DNA of 63,152 nucleotides, filler included, from Pseudovirgaria hyperparasitica (lineage: Eukaryota), in the NCBI GenBank assembly GCA_010093815.1. It is 4 parts of 4 records of this genome, joined end to end, with 100 filler letters (N's around TTAATTAATTAA, not from the genome) between each part and the next. Parts side by side here need not be neighbours in the genome. Positions count along the whole stretch, not along the records: positions 1 to 27,693 come from ML996610.1; positions 27,794 to 54,248 come from ML996611.1; 2 more parts are not named here. One strand, given 5' to 3'. The position numbers and the translations under genes were made by a program. Shown here in pieces: positions 25,837 through 38,821 of this stretch (the stretch's first letter is position 1; each line of letters starts with the position of its first letter). The notes under the pieces are model-generated. The model saw nothing but the letters and a program-made list of their open reading frames with translations. It did no database searches and had not been told where the DNA came from.

Positions 25837-26673
25837 AGTGCTCCCGACTTGAACTGTACATATGCACTTCAACGGTACTATATAGACAATATATTCAGAT
25901 TTAACAACACCCCCATGCCTACAGTCCCTTATGCGTACCAAAATGAGGAGGAGAAGGTCCAATCTGCCATTCGTGACTTTCGGATCGCGAAATTTGGATC
26001 ATTAGCGGCCTCGGCGTGTCATTATCGCGCTATATACCGTCGCGTCTTGTATCGCAATCGCGGTATACCACCAAAAACCGCGCAAACCAAGACTTCTAAT
26101 AGGCTTAATCCACGGCAGGAGCTTACCCTTAAGGAGTATATACACCACTGCGACGAGATTGGTGTATCTGCTTTAATTAGGCAGATTCGGAGTGCTGCAG
26201 AGTATACGTGATGCTGAGCCTGGTTCTGACCATATACCACGGCTAATTGGACGTGACTGGGTTACGCGTTGGCTAGCACGTAATCCCGAGTGTAAAAAGG
26301 TAAAGCAGAAGGCACGAGAGTCTACACGTATTACAGTAGAGGACGTAGTAGAGATGAAGGGCTTCTTTATAAAGTCGCCTTTGGTACTGAAACAAATCGC
26401 GACTATATGACGTCTATTGAATGCATTCTAGTAGATGGCTACGTGCTCCCTCCTTTACTTATTATGAAGGGAGTCATAGTATGAGAGAAATGGATAAGTA
26501 GAGAGATAGGCCTACTAGGTGACTATAAAGTATCCTGCTCGGAATCTAGTTATATAAATGACCAGCTAGCCCTATCGTGGATTCAACACTTCGACAAACA
26601 TACAAAATCTCGTATACTTAGCGCCTATCAACTCATTATATTAGATGGAGTAGTATCCCATTTAACCGTCGAA
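25803..26673 (+). mobile_element. Truncated pogo/Fot1 DNA transposon (left TIR plus 5' part of transposase)
   Basis: TA+CCCGTCCC... TIR as at 46870; HTH_psq/CENP-B-like N-terminus; internal deletions, stops, no right TIR. Confidence 0.9.
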
Positions 26674-26994
26674 TAGCAGAAAGAGAATATTGTCAGGACA
26701 ATCGAAACATCCGGATGCCCAAATTCAGACTGCTCTGAAGGTACTCCCTTGGCCTCGAATGGTACGGCAGCACAGCAAGAGAATCCTACACGAGAGCAGT
26801 CCACGACATGCCAGAAGAGTTTTTCTGGCGCGTAATTGATCTTTGACTTCATTTAAGATACAAATCCAATTTTGGGCTGTGGCCTCAATATATAATCAAA
26901 CTCTCGGCCCAATCGATACTGGGCCATGTATTGATCTTGACACACCTGCTCTGTTCCCAGGACTTAAGTTCCCAGCTTTCAACTCGCATTAGCC

Positions 26995-27693
26995 ATGAAG
27001 ACCCACGTGTATCCCTGGAAGCGCCTCATGCCTGTTGGCCTGGGTGCTGCCGCCTTGGCTTGTTTTCTAGTATCGCTATACGCTGCTACAAATAAGAGAG
27101 TGCTTCGCGAGGGCATCGCAATCATCAAGGTAAGACATGTTTTGGCTGACGCGGTGCCCAGCACTGACTCTAAAACACAGTTCAATAAGCCAGAGCTTCC
27201 GTTGGTGCCAAAACATCGAAGAAGTAACACATTTCGCGATATAAATGTCCCACACCCTGGCCTCCCTAGCCTCGACCCCCAAGACATCGACATACCCATA
27301 CCGGTGATGCCCAATTCCAACGAGATCCAGAGCAAAGTGCTTAGCGCCATTGGCAGCGCACAAACGGCCACAAGCAACGTGATTGATGAGGTTCAAAACA
27401 CGGCCGGTAATATCATTGACAAAGCAAAAAACCTGACCAACATCGCTCTACCACGGAACATCACCATTGGCACTCAGAGCTACTGTGTCAACTTAGACCA
27501 TGATACGACTTGTCGAGATCTTCCCCTGGACTTGTCCTCTCTACTACCCGCGGACACACTCCATGTCCTCGAGTCCGTTATGCCAGGCTTTTCATCATTA
27601 GCCGAGAAGCTAAATCGGTTTACAGTCCCGATCTTCTTGTACATACTCATTGCCGGGATCATGTGCTCATTCAGTCTCTGGCTGGCTTGTATT
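26995..27693 (+). CDS. Membrane protein, SUR7/PalI-like, cut by assembly gap
   Basis: N-terminal TM, probable in-frame intron after IIK, LPRNITIGTQSYCV...C loop, second TM before the gap; first ~55 nt also copied at ~21662-21716. Confidence 0.5.
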
Positions 27694-27793
27694 NNNNNNN
27701 NNNNNNNNNNNNNNNNNNNNNNNNNNNNNNNNNNNNNTTAATTAATTAANNNNNNNNNNNNNNNNNNNNNNNNNNNNNNNNNNNNNNNNNNNN
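27694..27793. other. Artificial assembly spacer
   Basis: Exactly 100 nt: Ns with central TTAATTAATTAA (stops in all frames). Confidence 0.98.
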
Positions 27794-28183
27794 TGGAGCT
27801 GCACTGTTATCAGTTCCATAGCGTTCTTCACAATCTTTAGCTTACCATGTCTGTCACCTCTGATGCTGGCAGCATGGTTTGTAGAGCTACTGGTAGACAG
27901 TCCCGCCTAGATAAGTCTAGATATTAGAAAGAGCTTGGTATCGTGATTCTCATCATGTGTTCTTTGTGCTTCATTTATATACGTCCTCGACTCATCCGCC
28001 TCTTCCAGCGGTTCTATCGTCTGACTCTACGTCGCAGTGTGCCAGGTAATCGTACTCACCTCCTCCTTGCTTGAAAAGTCTACAGGATTATGCGTGGTGC
28101 CAAAAATCATTTTTGCATAAACTCCCTGCGCCCTCCTAAGGGCGTTGACTTTCAGCTAGTCTCCGACAATCCAATACTAGCTA

Positions 28184-28720
28184 ACGTCCCTCCCTACGTC
28201 GCGAGAAACCCTGTGGGCCGAGATGCCTTCAATACTTTCAATCATAACAAATTGTCCTGTGGTATGGGACCTTGCAAGCTCTCGGGATAGAGGCTTCACA
28301 CCCTATACTACATTTCTACTTAATCTTGAGCGTTGTGATTATCTACGTGGCTTGATATCTAAAAATACAGCAAACCGCTTGATTAAAGTCTTGCACCCGT
28401 CGACCGATTTATCATGCTTCAAGCTTTGCACTTCGTTGGAAAATCTACCATGTCGTAGCCAAATAGATAAAGGCCATATCCCGAGCTTTTTAAGCAGACA
28501 ACAGCGTCTTGTGTCGTGATACAGCAGCTTTTAGACTTAGCATCGAGCAGCGCCAAGAAATCGTCAGCACTGGTCATGTACTAAAAGCCGAAAGAGTGCT
28601 AGATGTGGCTGAAGTCTTGCTTGCCCAAAACGTCTGTACCTTCAGTAGCCCGTAAAACCCGAGCGCCTGATGAGGCCTGACTTTACTCTAGCGAGCCCTG
28701 CCCCATAAATTTGCACCGTC
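28184..28720 (+). repeat. Left long TIR of NLR cassette
   Basis: Colinear and essentially gap-free for ~440 bp with the reverse complement of 32419-32960; roughly four-fifths identical by eye. Confidence 0.9.
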
Positions 28721-29060
28721 CTTCCTTGTCTACTAGCTTGGCTAAAGGGTGACTCGCTTGCGACACCTCGAAGGCCCGCATAGCCCTGTCATCTAGGCCA
28801 ATGGGCTACGCTGTCCCTGCGCGTCGACAAACGACAGCAAAGCCGTCATGTAAATCCACGTGATCGACGCAACTGCAGCCTTGTGCACTTGATGCAGCGG
28901 ACGCTACTTCATCGAAACATAATCCCAGCATTCGTTTCACTCTGCTTGTAATACACGATGGTTACATCCATGCAAGAACACTAATTTACCCCGAGACTAC
29001 AAGACCCAGCGAACGTGCGCCTAGTCCAACGAACCCGCCGAACTTAGTGTGCCCCTTACA

Positions 29061-32029
29061 ATGCACCTGCTAACGCACAATCCACACGGCAACCTCATCG
29101 TCCAGACCTTTACGAACGAACCCTTGCCTCCATACGCGATACTTTCACATACATGGCATGAAGATAATAGTCAAGAGGTCAGCTTTGACGATCTACAGAC
29201 GGGCCGGGTGCAGCAAAAGCATGGCTATGGCAAGATACGATTTTGCGAGCGGCAGGCTGTTGCGGATGGATTGCGGCACTTCTGGATCGACACCTGCTGC
29301 ATCAACAAGTCGGACAAAGCGGAAGAGTCTCAGGCCATCCAGTCTATGTTCCGCTGGTATCGCAATGCAGCTCGATGCTACGTCCACTTGTCAGACGTAT
29401 CGGTGAAGCCAAAGAGAGATCAAGATGTGATCTCATGGGAGACAGCCTTCCGTAAAAGCCGGTGGTTCACCCGTGGCTGGACACTGCAAGAACTTCTTGC
29501 GCCCAGCAAAGTAGAGTTCTTCTCAGAAGAAGAACACAAGCTAGGCGACAAGGAGACGCTCAAGGAACAGATTCGCAGAGCTACAGGCATCCCAAGTGCG
29601 GCGCTCGAAGGTGTTCCTCTTTCTGAGTTTACCGTCGAGGATCGGTTCCGCTGGAAAGGAGATCGCGAGACGACACGAGAAGAAGACGGGGCATACTCGC
29701 TGCAAGGAATTTTTGATGTTAACCTAGCGCCTCTTTACGGCGAAGGCGCTGTGGGAGCATTTGAGCGTCTCAAGCGTGCAATCAGTCAGCTAGCACAGTG
29801 TATTTCAGACCTCCGTGGCACGAATCCGCGCGACGACAAGAAACGCATTCAGGATACAAAGGGCGGACTACTCGAAGATGCTTATCGCTGGATCCTCTCC
29901 AACGAGACTTTCCGGCGCTGGCATAGCGATCTGCAGAGTCCACTACTATGGATAAAGGGTGACCCTGGCAAGGGAAAGACAATGCTACTATGTGGCATTA
30001 TCAACGAGCTTGAAAAACCCGCAGCTTACACCGTCAACATAAGCTACTTCTTCTTCCAAGCAACCGACTCGCGCATCAACAACGCCGTAGCCGCACTCCG
30101 AGGGCTTCTATACTTACTTGTGATACAGCAGCCGTCGCTTATCTCTCACGTACGCAAGCATCATGATCAAGGTGGAAAGACCGTGTTCGAGGATGCAAAT
30201 GCTTGGATTGCCCTGACAGAGATCTTCACAGACATCCTACAGAGTCCCGATCTGGAGCCGACATTTCTAGTTGTTGATGCACTGGATGAGTGCGCGACCA
30301 ATCTCCCAAAACTCTTGGATTTTCTTGTGAAAAGTTCATCTGCGCATTCCAAAGCCAAGTGGATTATATCTAGCCGCAACCGGTTTCTTATAGAGGAGCG
30401 ACTGGAGCAGGCAGGGCGTAAAGCTCGGCTTAGTCTTGAGCTCAACGCTGATTCAGTGTCAACGGCCGTGCGGGCGTTCATTGGGTACAAAGTAGATCAG
30501 CTCACCGGGCAGAAACGATATGACGATCGAACTCGGCAGGCTGTGCTAGCACACCTGGAGTTAAATGCAAACGACACCTTCCTCTGGGTAGCGCTAGTGT
30601 GCCTAGACCTCGCAGGAACATCGAAACGACATGTGCGGAGGAAGCTTGAATCTATTCCGGCCGGACTTGATTCTCTATACGAGCGAATGATGCGGCAGGT
30701 CAGTGAATCCGACGACGCTGAAGTTTGCAAGCAGATTCTAGGAGTGTCTTCACTGGCGTATCGTCCGCTTAAACTAGCCGAGCTCGGGGCTCTTAGGGAG
30801 CCGCTGGATGGCCTCGTCGAAGATGCAGAGTCGTTAAGCGAGCTTGTCAGCCTCTGTGGCTCGTTTCTCACGCTACGAGACCGTACCATCTACTTTGTGC
30901 ATCAGTCCGCCAAGGATTTTCTCCTCGCCAAGGCCGCTAATAAGGTATTCCCTTCTGGCACAGGAGTCGCTCACCACGGCGTCTTTACAAGGTCACTTGA
31001 GATCCTGTCTAGGACTCTTCGTCGCGATATATATAAACTGAAAGCGTTCGGGTGTCTAGTTGGGGAGGCTCAACAACCAGATCCTGATCCACTAGCAGCT
31101 GCACGCTACTCCTGCGTTTACTGGATTGACCATCTGCGTGACTCGAACCTGCTTTCTTCTATGAGTCATGAGGCTCTTCAACATGGTGGCATTGTTGATA
31201 TCTTCTTCCGAAGCAAGTTCTTATACTGGCTGGAGGCTCTGAGCTTGTGTGCAAGCATACCAAAAGGTGTGGTCTCGATGACTAATTTGCATCTTCTAAT
31301 ACAGGTACCGAATTTGGAAACAATCATTAAGACATATCACGCTAACAGAACCAGAACAAGCATGAGCCAACATCATTTACCGAGTTCCTATATGATGCAC
31401 ACCGATTCTTTCTGTATCACAAAAGTGCAATTGAAACCAGCCCACTCCAGGCTTATGTTTCTGCATTACTGTTCAGTCCATTAAATAGCAAAGTCCGGAG
31501 GCAGTTCCAGCATGAAGAGCCCGACTGGATCACCGTTAAGCCAGTAATAAGCAGTAGCTGGAGCGCGTGTATGCAGACGCTCGAGGGCCATAGCGGTTAT
31601 GTCAAGTCCGTGGTGTTCTCGCACGACTCGACGCGGCTGGCATCAGCGTCATTCGACAACACGGTCAAGATCTGGGATGCGAGCAGCGGAGCGTGTGTGC
31701 AGACGCTCACCGTCGGAACATGCATTCAGAACCTCTCATTCGACTCTACCGGCTCGCATCTGTATACTGATATTGGCAAGATTGCTATCATCTCTCCACC
31801 AAATTCCCAACCAATTACTATTACAGATCCCCAACACCCTGATTTCTGCGATATAGGTGTTGAACCAGGAGGAATATGGATCACTTGCAGTGGGAAAAAT
31901 GTTCTTTGGGTCCCATCAGAGTATCGAAGATGGTGTTCATTAGTGCATGGAAACAGGGTTGGCATTGGTACTGGATCCGGAAAGGTGTGGTTCTGCAATC
32001 TGACCGCTAAGGCTGACAAGTCCATATAG
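29061..32029 (+). CDS. HET-NACHT-WD40 (HNWD, het-e/het-d-like) NLR, ~972 aa, 2 exons
   Basis: HET motifs YAILSHTW, WIDTCCINK, WFTRGWTLQELLAP; Walker A GDPGKGKT, Walker B VVDALDEC; intron 31305-31354 joins in frame to an exon with one full WD40 unit (LEGHSGYVKSVVFSHDSTRLASASFDNTVKIWD). Confidence 0.95.
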
Positions 32030-32418
32030 AAACTAAAATCAAGTCACATGGAATTAAATAGACATAAAATTAATCATAAGGAATATTCATTCGATTCTAA
32101 GAATTAAGCTTCGCTCGAGCTTTACTGTGGATCAATTTGGTTATGTGTAAACACGTCAAGGGCTTCTTGCCACATTGGGTTTCTCGCCACGCAGGGAAGG
32201 ACTCCTGGCAGACAGGCGATGGGCTAAGGCCATAGATTGCGAGCTGTGTATCGCATAAAGCTGCAAATATCCCCTCACGTGCAAATAGCACATGGTGGTG
32301 TGTACTGTGGACCACTGACTTCGAGTGTCCCTAGACAGGTTAAGCTTGTACGGGGTCGATATGGCCGCTTTCTTGTGTTCCCTAGATAAGGACAAGCGAC
32401 CGCTGGTGCTCCGTAGTG

Positions 32419-32960
32419 GGGCGGTACAGATCTTTGGGGTAGGGGCCGCTAGGGTCAAGTCAGGCCTTGTGAGGCGCTCGGGTTTTAAAAGATGCTTAAG
32501 CTATAGCTAGCACGTCTTGGTCAACCAGACTTCAGCCACATCTAGCACTCTTCTGGCTTTTGATACATGGCCATTGTCGACGAGTTCTTGGCGCTGCTGG
32601 ACACTGAGTCCAAAAGCTGCTGTATCTCGACACAAGACGCTATTGTCTGCTTAAAAACCTCGGGATACGGCCTCCATCTATTCAGCTACGACATGGTATA
32701 TTTTTAAACGGAGTGCAGAGCTTAAAGCGTGATAAATCGATCGAATGGTGCAGCACTTGAATCAAGCGGTTTATTGTATTTTTATATATCAAGCCACACA
32801 GACAATCGGAACGCTCAAGATTGAGTGGAAGTGCAGTACAAGATATGGAGTCCATATCCCGAGAGATTGAAAGTTCTCAGACCCCAGAACAATTTGTTGT
32901 GATTGAAAGTGTTGAAGGCATCTCGGCACGCAGGGTTTCTCGCGACATAGGGAGGGACGT
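32419..32960 (-). repeat. Right long TIR of NLR cassette
   Basis: Inverse of 28184-28720. Confidence 0.9.
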
Positions 32961-33101
32961 TAGTGCCCCAGAGATGGCCGTTGTGCATCAATGATACTAG
33001 TGTACTGCCGGTGAGTCTTTCAGTCACTTTTCTGCCTCGAGTGAAGCGTAGCATATTCTACATTACGAAAAATTCAGATCAGATATGTCCGTTTGATATA
33101 G

Positions 33102-35459
33102 CTAGCGCTTCAGTCCACCCATAGCTTTTCTGAACGTTTCTAGGCCTTTCTCCAACATATTTTTCCTAGACTCCAGACGAAGGCGCTGTTGCATGATCTC
33201 AGGAGGCTCAGCAGCGACGAACTCGATTTCTTTCTCCGTCATTTGTGTCACTACTAGAGGCGAAAGAATGTTTTCAGGGAGGGGTTCGACCAAGTGGCGC
33301 TCAATGACAGCCTTAGTGACGGCGTTGACGAAGTACTTCATCTCATCTTTGTAGAACGCACGCTCAATATCAAGAGCTTCCTGGCTTGAGAAGACGTCCA
33401 TATCCAGCTCGATCGCTTTATTCATGGCCTCTGAGAGCTTTCCAGGGTCAATATGCGTACTTATGTCGTTGTAGCGATCATACGTGCTGACTTGTGAGGC
33501 TTCTGAGGCTTTCTTCGTGATTTTCTCGTGTTTGCGTTGACGCATCTTCTGTACCGTGGTAGTGAAGTAGTGGTTATAAGTAGTTGGATGGCGAGTTTTG
33601 TCCTTTAGGACCTTGTGCAGTTCTTCTTCCGCGCCGGTAAGAGCTTTGCTTAATGCACCATCCACATACAGAGTTGTAAGCCGGCCCTTGAACTCAGATG
33701 GAGCGGCATCCCGGAGAACCACATCGATGAACTCCTTACAAGCAGTCGCAACCGTGTTAATATGCTGAGAAGCAATCTGCTCCCATGGCTGGGACTGCTC
33801 CCAGAAAAGCTGTGATATCAGCATTGGCTGGAATGTGCCAGGAAGCTCGTAGCCACGGGAGCGCTCCAAAGTCTTCTTGACCCAGTCGATGGCTTCTTGA
33901 CGTGTAAGCTTCGTGGGCTTGGGAAGAGACATGAGCTCCCGGTGTTCATCGAGATTACCAAGCTCTTCCTGCGCTTTTATATCCTCTTTGATTTCTCCCT
34001 CTCCGTCACCAGGTCCGGCTCCGAATGCGTATTTATGACCCCTCAAGCGCATATCGTTGGCGAAGGTGATGTTGAGGTGTTGGATCACAGCTCGAAAGCG
34101 GCGGATATTCTCGGATGCATCAACAGCAGCGTCCTTGTTGATTGGTCCGAAAAACGACGACTCGTAATAGCCCTTGGTAGCAGAATTCAAGATGTCGCTG
34201 ATGCGCATGCTGATCTTCATCAGAACCATGCGCTGCTCATGAGTGGTGTTGCGCTTGTCGCCTAGCTTCACAAGCTCTGCAATTGTACCCTGAAGCTTGT
34301 GAACTATTTCGTCCTTCAAAGAAGGAAGCTCCTTGATCAAATGATTGAGTAGCACTTTACTGAGACGCTCGCGCAAGGAGTTAATGCCAACGCACTCACG
34401 GGGTAGGTCCGCGTAGCGGCCCTTGTTAAAGAACATGTCCTCGTCTGCGTTGCGTTGCTCAAAGGAGAACTTCATCTGATTATCACCACGATTCTTAAGC
34501 ATGTGCCAACCGCGCTCCAAGTAAATATCCTTGTTCTGGACCAACTCGATCCAGGTCAGTTCATTATCAGTGCCTTCACGGAGGAAGTCAGGCTTGGTGA
34601 CGATGCCAAGGGTACGACGACCCTGGTCGTCGATCTTGCGGCAATGGTCCAGAATAATTTGATTAGCGTAATCGTTCTTTGCGCTCACCACTGCCAAAAT
34701 GATGGTACGCGGGTTTTTCATGTACTCCTTAACCAGGTTCAGGATCAGCTCTTTATCGATCTCTGTCTGTGCTTTGTTGGTTGCATGGATGAGACCCGGA
34801 AGGTCCACGAGAGTACTAGCCATTCATTAGTACGCCTTTAGCATATCGGATGAATGACATACAGTTGAGGCCTGGCTGGACCAGTGATCTCGACCGACAG
34901 CACATCACGAGAGAATGCCCTTGAATTGATCCCACCTACAACCCCTAGGCCCATCGCTAGTGTCGCCTCTTCGATCACATCTGGAAGCTGACTGAAGTCG
35001 TTCATGGACTTGCTGAACGATTTGAGCTTGGCTTGCTCCGACTTTGGGCGAAGCTTGTCTGGAGTGATCGTGATTGTGCTGGTGGACGATGCAGAACGAC
35101 GGAGGATGATCTAGAAGTCGTTAGCATAATACCTGGGGCATTTGAGATTTACTCACTTCAGTCGCAAATCTCGTACACAGGTTTTCCTTACGAGGAAACG
35201 GAATCTCGGTGATAGCCTCAAGTACAGAGCTTTTACCGGATGACTGGTCACCGCAGACTACAAGCTGGGGTAGTTCCACAATACCACTGAGACCTGTACG
35301 TCGCAGCTTGTCTACGATATCCATAACTTTCCGCTGATCTGCAGACTGTAAAGCGTGCAGTGAGCTTGTAGTGACAGAGTCCGGGTCGATAGGCACTGTC
35401 GATGTGGTTGACATCTCGACGCCTTCAAAATCGGAGTCGCTAGACGTGCCACTTGCCAT
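33102..35459 (-). CDS. Dynamin-family (Mx-like) GTPase, ~755 aa, 3 exons
   Basis: G1 GDQSSGKS, G2 CTRFATE, G3 DLPG, G4 TKPD, RGYELPG middle domain, GED-like end; introns 35156-35111 and 34862-34816 keep the frame. Confidence 0.95.
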
Positions 35460-38400
35460 ATTTGTGAACAAACTCTTTTTGTAGGCGAAGCAGATAACAC
35501 TGTCGAGTTGAAGTGGTACGGAAGAGATAGTTGGACGAGCAACAGAGTGACTTAGAGATGGATCCAAAGAGGCTGCCGCAGTGAGTGCGAGGGAAATAGA
35601 CAGCAAGGCGATTGCTGCGGAATTACATCTTCGCTTTTTGCGATGTACCAAGGATCTATTGACATCTTGCGTTACACTGCTTATCCCACGAGTTGTCTTA
35701 AAAAAACAAAGGAAAACAGTCAGCAGCCCTGTCCCAACAACTGAGTAGAACTTTTTGAAAACGTGGCCATTTTAGTGGACACATCCCCCCTTCTTCCCCC
35801 TATACCTGCTTTGCAGTTCTCGCATTTCTCTGGATCTACGTATCTGCTGGCTTGCATAACATGCATGACCACAGTTCAGCGCCTCAAACGCTTTACATCC
35901 CTGTAGCGGACTGGATCATGCATTGCGGGATGAAAAAGCTGCTTTCTATCTGCGAGCGAGACCAAGCCAGCCATCGGGATAAGACAGTCATCGGTGATCT
36001 GGGCTTGGTTCTCCACATGTTGGCACACCGTAGTAGACTTTCTCGCTTCTGGTGCTTCCGTGGCTGCTAGATACTACTGCTAGAAATCGCAACGCGGTTC
36101 TGATTGGCAATGGCACAAAACAAACGGGGCCTCTAGACCTCCAGGAATCATCTTCGCAACGGTCTCTGAGCCTGCATGTAAAGCGCGGCGTCCAGCCTCT
36201 AGATCATACTTCGATTCGTTTAGCGATGTTATCTTTCCTGATCTAGGAAGACCACTGAGTCCGGTTACTTCGACTGCGTTCTTGTTGCCAGACACTAGTT
36301 CCCGGCATATAGTATCTTCTGCAGCACCGACTGTTATTGTCGCTCGTGTAGGTTGGGACATTATGTCTAAAGGCATTTCAACAGGAAGGGGGGCGAAAAC
36401 GCAAAAACAAACTTTTGTGAGAAGTTCATGCATTCAGTATCATTAGCCCATAGGTTTGGCTTACACGCCACTCCGACAGTTGTTCACCGGAATCGAGGAA
36501 TTCAAACACCTGTATATGCGCGGAATGCGAAGAGAAGCACTGCACTGCAAATCATGCTGCAGCTCCCTCTGTTCCTTTCTACAGAAGAAGTGGCTAGACG
36601 CTTCGTTACTTGCGACAGTTTCTCTCGACTGCCGCTGAGGTTGGAATGGTGCCGCATAGCAGCGTTCTCGACGCTCCTCCGGATGCTGATCACGATACCA
36701 AGATGGAGGTGATTGTCTAGGAAGACCCGACATCTTATACCATTAACGCAGAAGCATGGTGGTGGCATGCCAACAGGAAGAGACGTGGAACGTTCACTTG
36801 GTCTAGACCGTTGCAATCGGAAAGTGCGACCACTGGCTCCCTCACGACGTTCTGCAAGACTTTGCCATGATATACGCAGCTTTGACGCTAGTCTACTCCA
36901 GCGGACTTACAACTTTCAGAGTCTGCAAGTCTCCGCGTTAGGTTGCCGAGACTCACCGCCTACCGTGTTGTAAAACTACACACACACAGGTACCGATCAC
37001 AGAGCAATTTAGTAGAGTACCCTAAAGACCCATGCGACAGAGCCTCTCACTAATGCTCTCTTGATCGGAGGATTATCCGGCTGTGAGTGTTGATTTGGCG
37101 TGGCGGTGTTGGGGTACGCTTCATGCGCGACGCACTACCCGTATCTCTCGTACTACGTTTCTGCTTCTTCCTTGGTACTGCTTTTTGTAAAGCCTCACGC
37201 TTGCCTGTAGAGGACTTTTGTATAGCTGTCTCATGATCGCGAGTTTGCCTTTGGCCCTCTCCCTCAGTCATGTAGCGGCGAAACAGGGATGATTCATGCC
37301 ATGCTGCCATCTCGGTTGGTATTCTCCAAAGCGATCTGAGTGGGATCAGTTGTAAACGCCGTTTATACGTCTGCCTTGAGCACAATGGTTACAACATACA
37401 CAATACAGCCACTGATAGGCTTCCTGGCCAGCCCATCGTACTCGGAGAAAGTCTGCAACCTCATGTATCAGCGTGACAAGGGCTGCACAAAGGGATTGGT
37501 GGATTCGAGGAGTCTGGTAGTCAACACTGATGCAAAGGAGAAGATGAATCCATGTCACGGCTTGCAGCTGGGCGGATACACCAGCCAATGCGTTGCGAGG
37601 CGAGCGGCTGTACTGTACCACCATCGCCATCCGCTGTGATGCGCGGTAAGACCCTGGGCCAGCTCCACCGTCCTCTCTGATCGAGCACTGCCGCACTATG
37701 CCGCACTAAGGGCGCTGTTGCTTCGATACGCAGTCTGCACGGTCCAGTGCCTATCAATTGTCGCCATCGCCGCAGAAAAGTCCTAACAGCCACGCGGAGG
37801 TTGGACTAAGCCTGTTGGTAGGTAAGCGGTTTTTGGCGAAAGACTCGTATGACTCTTGAGGCTGCAGCAATGATCGGTGAGAGAAGCCTAGGCGGTCTCC
37901 ACTTCAATCAGGAGACCAGTCGGTGCACCATTATTGCAGACATGTGGCTGATTATCGGTGTACAAGAAGGGACCGTCTGCTGATACAGCATGGGCAACAA
38001 CAGTTTGGAGATCATTAGAGCTTGTTGAAGCAAACTAACCGTAGTCAATTGCCTAGTTGACAGTGGTCCCTCGCTCATACAAATGCAAATGCATACGGTC
38101 ATTTTTTTGTCTACTAGTGGTAAGGCTGAGGCCCTGTTAAAAGCTCTGTTCATTCTGGTGGAGGCTTGCATTCCAGTTACTATTGCAATTTCTGATCGGG
38201 TTGTAATTGTGCCGGTATTTTCGCATGAAAATCTGCATGATGAAATCAAATTGACCATCCACTTTCTTCATGGCAGCTTCCGCATCTGCAACGGCGGCTT
38301 CGTGTATTACATCTCCTAAAGCACATGTCCTTTCCATAATGCGCTCGAGGAAGTCGCCGCAGTCAACAAAGTCCGGGTCGCGCGAGAAAGGGACTGTGGA

Positions 38401-38565
38401 GAAGGGCGCGGGGCGGGTCGGACGCTTTCGTATCTAGTCGCGGGTGCGAGTCGGGTCTAGCGTACGTGGGGCAGGGTAATGATAGACATCGTGCTACTTC
38501 TGCCTCAGACCGCAGTCCCCACCCACCTGTCGTCTTACAGAAGGCCACAGCCAGACGAGGCTGAG

Positions 38566-38586
38566 CAGCAGCAGCAGCAGCAGCAG
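38566..38586 (+). repeat. (CAG)7 microsatellite
   Basis: Directly visible. Confidence 0.9.
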
Positions 38587-38821
38587 TCCACCACCAATGT
38601 TGCGCAGACTACCTCAGCGGCACTGCTTTACTTCCATCTCTTGACATCAATACTCACCACCTCAATATGCGAAAGTTTGGTAGCGTGTTTCGCCCAAAGA
38701 AGACTGCGACGGTCCTGCCCACGCCAGATCCATCAGACCCACCCTTGCCAGATGGCGAAGCGGGAGCACAACCCTTCGGACTGCGCCGACACGCCGACCC
38801 CCTTTTTATTAGTCAAGGGCA

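Larger units (their letters stand above)
28184..32960 (+). mobile_element. Putative non-autonomous TIR element carrying an HNWD NLR gene, copy 1 (4,777 bp)
   Basis: ~540-bp imperfect TIRs, termini TA|ACGTCCCTCCC...GGGAGGGACGT|TA, no transposase, same-length second copy at 48785-53561. Confidence 0.75.

Noticed and set aside
27738..27749. TTAATTAATTAA inside N runs (also at ~54293 and ~59770) as a biological motif
   Set aside because: Identical 100-nt construct at all three gaps; an artificial contig linker.
28090..28519. Short ORFs in the cassette TIRs (and mirrors at ~32815, 53226, 53455)
   Set aside because: Frames are not conserved between the two arms beyond a few codons; the TIRs appear non-coding.
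29049..31484. 811-aa ORF and the 152-aa ORF at 31571 as two separate genes
   Set aside because: A canonical 50-nt intron joins them in frame; the real start is ATG 29061.
30167..34841. Antisense ORFs over the NLR and dynamin genes
   Set aside because: Shadow ORFs of well-supported genes on the opposite strand.
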